A DNA stretch of 64,000 nt from Vicugna vicugna (Eukaryota). Below the pieces are notes generated by a model. The model worked only from the letters and a program-made list of their open reading frames with translations. It had not been told where the DNA came from and searched no databases. Positions 59,701-64,000 of this stretch are shown here, in pieces (position 1 is the first letter of the stretch; each line of letters begins with the position of its first letter). The stretch lies in the NCBI GenBank assembly GCA_013265495.1, contig MU061578.1:4661308-4725307 (forward strand), in the 5' to 3' direction. Made by a program: the position numbers and the translations under genes.

Positions 59701-62700
59701 GGCCCCCCCACAGCCTGGGGGGAGCTTGGCCGGGCTTTTGTGGGCGTCTGCGGGGGTGTGAAGTGGCTGGCACCTGGTGGAAGGACCTGCCGTGGCTTGC
59801 CAGGCACTGGGGGCACGCTGGCCCGCTTGATGCTGTGGCCGTGGCGGCTGGGCCGGGCCTCCTTGGGGGGGGTCCCTGGGGCTGGCCCCTCATCCAGCAG
59901 GTACTCCTGGCTTCGTGACATGGGGCTGCCAGGCCCAGGGGGTCCATCGCCCAGCAGCTCCTGAGAACTGCTCATGTGCCGAGCCCGCCCACCGAGGCTG
60001 GGCTCTGGCCGCATAGAGGCCCTTGGGGTGGGCGGCAGGTGGTTGGAGGGCTTCTCAGCAGTGGCAGCGGCAGCGGCAGCAGCCCCTTCGGCCGGGCCAG
60101 TCATGGCAGCCTGCAGCTCACCGCTGAGCTCACTGTCCTGGAAGGTGGTCATCTTAGGAGACTGGCAGTCAGCTGGGGCAGGCTCAGGTGGGGGTGGCGA
60201 CTCAATGGCCATCACTTCAAGCGACTGTGGTACCTTCCGGCGCAGGGGTCCCCCCTCATACTTGGCATACTCTGCCTTCTGTAGCTCCGCCAGTTTCCTC
60301 ACTGCCAGCATTAGCTTCTTCTGGTGTCCTGAGTAGGGCACAGGGAAGGTAAGGCCAGGGAGGGTGGCAAGGACCAGGAGGCAGCAGGGGTCAGGTGAGG
60401 CCTCACCCAGCTTGGTGATGCCGATCTCCTGCAGATCCTCCCAGGTGATGTCGGTGATGAAGTCGATATTCTCGTAGCCGTTGTCCACCAGCACCTTGTA
60501 GTACTGGGCCAGGCCGATCATGGACAGCCACACAGCCAGGTTAGCCTACGGAGCAGGGGACACAGAGGGCAGCCCGAGCTGGCTGCCCACACCCTGCCCA
60601 CCACTTGGAGCTGTCAGAGGAAGGGGCACCGGGCCAGCCCCGTACAGACAGACAAAAGGACAAACGGACAGGCTGGAGGTGTCAGCTTTGGAGACAGGGC
60701 CGCCTTGACAGGAGCCCAAGGCCAGCTCACACACGCGTGCCAACACATGCAAACACACACAGGGGTGACCCTTTCCTCAGGACACCCTTTGGGGGACAGC
60801 AAAGAACGTGCTTCCTCACTTGCCCAAGCAGCCACAGGGACAGCACTCAAGTGGACACACCCCACACATCGTGGACGCAGACACACAGCACCAACCAGAT
60901 ACAGGTATACACACACCCTGCATCTCAGCCACACACGGGCACTGACACCCTGCTGAGTCACGCTCACCAGTTCCCCACCAGCGCAGGCACACCTCACATA
61001 CCATGTCACACGCATGTGCAAGCATCTGTGTTGGTCTTTACCCAGAACCAGCTGGTGGCTCCCTGAATGGCATCCACCCGTCCACACACTCCCAGCTCAA
61101 TATCACTCACACACCTCCACACAGCACACTTGATCACCCCCTGGGTGCAAGCACAGTGAGGCCCATGGGACCCAGACGTGCTGGCTGGGAGGGGCCCTGA
61201 GCCGCTGACTGAGTGGGGCGAAGCAGGGTGGACAAACATGAACCTGCTTGTCACCAACCCACAGCATCTCCCTCATGGATGTGTGGGAGCCTGAAGCACA
61301 GCATGAGGCCCAGAGAGGCAGCAAGGATGCGACAGTCTTCTTCTCCCAGTCCAGAACCTGTCCCACCACAGGGGTGCCTGTCTGTGACAGCACGGGCCAC
61401 TGCCTATGTGGCTGTCAGCCATCAGGGCAGCCAGCATGTGCAGTCATTGATTGGCGCCCAGAGTGTACTTAGTACACGTGTGCTGCCTGTGTACACGAAG
61501 CACACACACACACATCTCCCCTATGTGTGTGCCTGGGTGTGTGCGAGCATGCCCTATCAACACAGCCCCTCCACAGTGTCTGGGTGTGTGTGCGATGGGC
61601 AACGGTACAGGAGTGCCTGGTGGCACCGGTGTCCTTGTGTGGCAGCCTGAGTGTTGAGCACGTAGTAGAGATGGGGACTCTCCAGGCTTCCAGCTCCTTT
61701 TGCCCTGACGGCCCTCAGAGGCTGTCCCCTCTTGCCCCTGCCCCAGTGCCCCTGACAGAGGGACAGGGGCCATCCTCTGCTCTCCTCTCCCTGGATTCCC
61801 CAGAGGGCAGGGGAGGGCTGTAGCCAGGGAGGCAGTCTGTCTGTCTGCCCATCCTGGCCTGGCCACCGGGGTGCAGGGGGCCTTACGGGTTTGTGCTCAG
61901 GCAGCCAGTCAGGGATGCTCAGGCCACTGATCTCTGCAGTAATCTTCTTCCGGTGGCCCGGCTTGGTGACCCCAATGGCCGTGAGGTCCTAAGTAGAGGA
62001 GAGGCCTGTTAGTTGGAGGCTGGAGGCCCATCTCTGGGTGGCCAGGCTTCAGGTAGCTCACCTCAGGGGTCATGCGGCTGATGGTGGGCAGGTCGTAGCC
62101 AGCACTGATGAAGTTGGGGGCGTAGAGCTGTAGCTGGAACGTGGCAAGCCACTGGCTGACAGCCTCGGTGCTCTGGAAGACACAAGGCACCCGCTGCAGG
62201 CTCGCCCGCCCGCTCACCTGCCAGGCATGCATCCCAGCCACCGCAGTGCCTCGTTTTCTGCTCAGCCGAAGACCGTGCAGTTCAATCTGCCGTCCACTGG
62301 GCCATCTGCAGCCAGGGCCTGGTCAGCCTGGCACCGCTGCTCCTCCTCACGCTGTGGTTCTGGATGCTGCCGTCTTGAGCATCGTCCAGCACTTCAGCCT
62401 CCTTCTGTGATCTCCACCGGGAAGGTCCAGCTGCTGTCCACATCATAGGCTTCCCTGACAGTCCCCCCCATTCCTGTCCCAGGGACACCCTGGAGTGTGG
62501 TCCCATGGGAGGGGCACTAGGAATGGGGCCTCAGGAAGGAGCACCTAGTGCTGCCCCTCCCCACCCTAGAAGGTGGGCTCTTCCCAGAGGTCTGCAGAGG
62601 ACTCAGCCAGCAGCTCGCCTCCCCTAGCACGCAGGTGCAGCACACCGGACCTATCTCACCCATGTACACACACTGTCTAGTCTCACACCCCTGCCCATCC

Positions 62701-63582
62701 ACACGCACACATATGCATACACGTGCCCGGCTTGCAATCAAACCAGCCACACAAGCACACCCCCCAGTTCACTGCACACCTGTGTCACACCTCCTAGACA
62801 CACAAGCTTACATGCATAGCCCATACAACAGACAACACCTACACACACAGACAGATGGACAGAAGGACGGGCCTGGCCTGGCCTGTCAAGGGCCCTGGCT
62901 GCACTGTGGCCAAGCCAGGCAGGCTGCCCCAGGCGCCCCTCCCTGCAGCCGGCCCGGCCTCTGTACCTTGCCCTCTGATGCTGCCTCTGGCTTCTTGGGT
63001 GGCTGTTCCCCATAGACCTGCCCAGCATGGGCCACTGGAGGCTGGGACCGGGTGGCACCTGGGGACAAGAGGGTGTGGTGGGGCAAGGGCTACCTGGGGA
63101 CTACCTCCCTGCCAGGCCAGCAGTACCGCATCCTTGCTCTTACCTGCGGAGCCCTCCGGAGGCTTGACAGGGCTGTCCCCGGGGCTGGAGTCGGAGACAG
63201 GCTTCTGGGAGAGCACTGTTGCCAGGAGCTGCAACCCAGACAGGCCAGCTGGCCAGGGCTGCTCCAGCCAGAGGCCACCCCGGTCCTGCCACTACCCCAC
63301 CTACCTTGACCCCTTCAGAGCCTGCATGTAGGGTGTGGCCCCCACTGCTCCGGCCACCAGCCACACTGCTCAAGCTGCCACTGCGGTCCCCACCTGCCAG
63401 CAGGAGAGAGCATCGTCTGCCGGTGCTGGCCCGGCCTAGTCCGGTGCTGCCTTACAGAAGTGTGGCTGCCCGCCACCTACCTGCAAAGGGCTTTCTCAGC
63501 ACCCAGATCTCCTCAGGGGGTGCAGGGGCACCTGATGAGCTGCCTCCCTGGGGTGGGCTTGGTTCGGCACCTGCTCGGGAAC
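56735..63582 (-). CDS. CASKIN1: Caskin-1 (CASK-interacting protein 1), 3' ten coding exons: CASK-interaction motif, tandem SAM domains, long proline-rich region, C-terminal domain; 5' part outside the window
   Basis: Exons (-): 63582-63481, 63393-63305, 63228-63144, 63058-62967, 62172-62062, 61988-61887, 60545-60407, 60328-58283, 57634-57214, 56831-56735; phases consistent. [12 protein letters not shown]-binding motif; SAM1 ([21 protein letters not shown]); SAM2 ([20 protein letters not shown]); C-terminus [15 protein letters not shown]. Confidence 0.97.
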
Positions 63583-64000
63583 CTGTGAACCAAGCACAGC
63601 CTTCCTGAGTCCTGGACCGGCTCTGGCCTGGGGCATTCCCTGGCCTGGCCCCTGAGCCTGCGCAGGGCAGAGGTGGAACACACACGCCTTAGGGAGTCGG
63701 CACCACAGCCTCCTCCTGCCCTGGCCGTCTCCAAGGAGCTGAGAGACCCTCAGAAGACCCCTCCCAACCCGGAATTTTTGAGAGCATGGCAGAGAAGGGC
63801 ACAGGCCAGGCTATCCTGCCAGTGGCTCTGTGGTCCTGTAGGTGGGGGAATTGCAGGAGGGTGCAAATCCCTCTGTGCCAGGGTAGCAGGGAGAGGGAAG
63901 AGGCCCCCAGGAGCCTGGGACCAGGGTCCTCAAACCAGGGACCTAGAGATCTGTGGGTGGGCTGGCTTCACCTCATAACTGGCCCTCCTCTGCCCTCTCA

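Noticed and set aside
58194..60533. 779-aa ORF as a standalone single-exon gene
   Set aside because: It is two CASKIN1 exons joined by an in-frame 78-nt intron, plus run-on into the next intron.
60560..61660. CA/TG-rich CASKIN1 intron as a structured repeat array or microexon cluster
   Set aside because: Irregular low-complexity CA-rich text with no periodic unit or convincing AG-exon-GT microexon.

Overview
GC-rich mammalian euchromatic window containing the conserved PKD1-RAB26-SNHG19/SNORD60-TRAF7-CASKIN1 block (syntenic with human 16p13.3). Four tRNA-Ala-like SINEs resembling the camelid Vic-1 family suggest an alpaca/camel-type genome (inference). I assembled exon structures by hand from GT-AG sites: PKD1 exon 1 (- strand, 215 coding nt), complete RAB26 (9 exons, 256 aa), complete TRAF7 (20 coding exons, 670 aa) and the 3' ten coding exons of CASKIN1 (- strand). 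The main accessory feature is a ~7.4 kb decayed class I (gamma-like) endogenous retrovirus nest between the RAB26 poly(A) sites and SNORD60. It has gag/pro/pol/env remnants, diverged flanking direct repeats, nested solo LTRs and an L1 fragment, and it appears to supply the 3' exon and poly(A) signal of the SNORD60 host lncRNA. Other points of interest are uORFs in PKD1, RAB26 (Met-Pro9) and TRAF7 (two uORFs in frame with the main ORF), an L1-mediated retrocopy of an unidentified short 5'TOP-like RNA, a kappaB+octamer+FOX motif cluster in TRAF7 intron 1, RFX X-boxes near PKD1, and overlapping TRAF7/CASKIN1 3' UTRs. I see no convincing wholly new protein-coding system; most ORFs in the six-frame track are GC-richness artefacts. 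Comparisons to human are from memory and need alignment.
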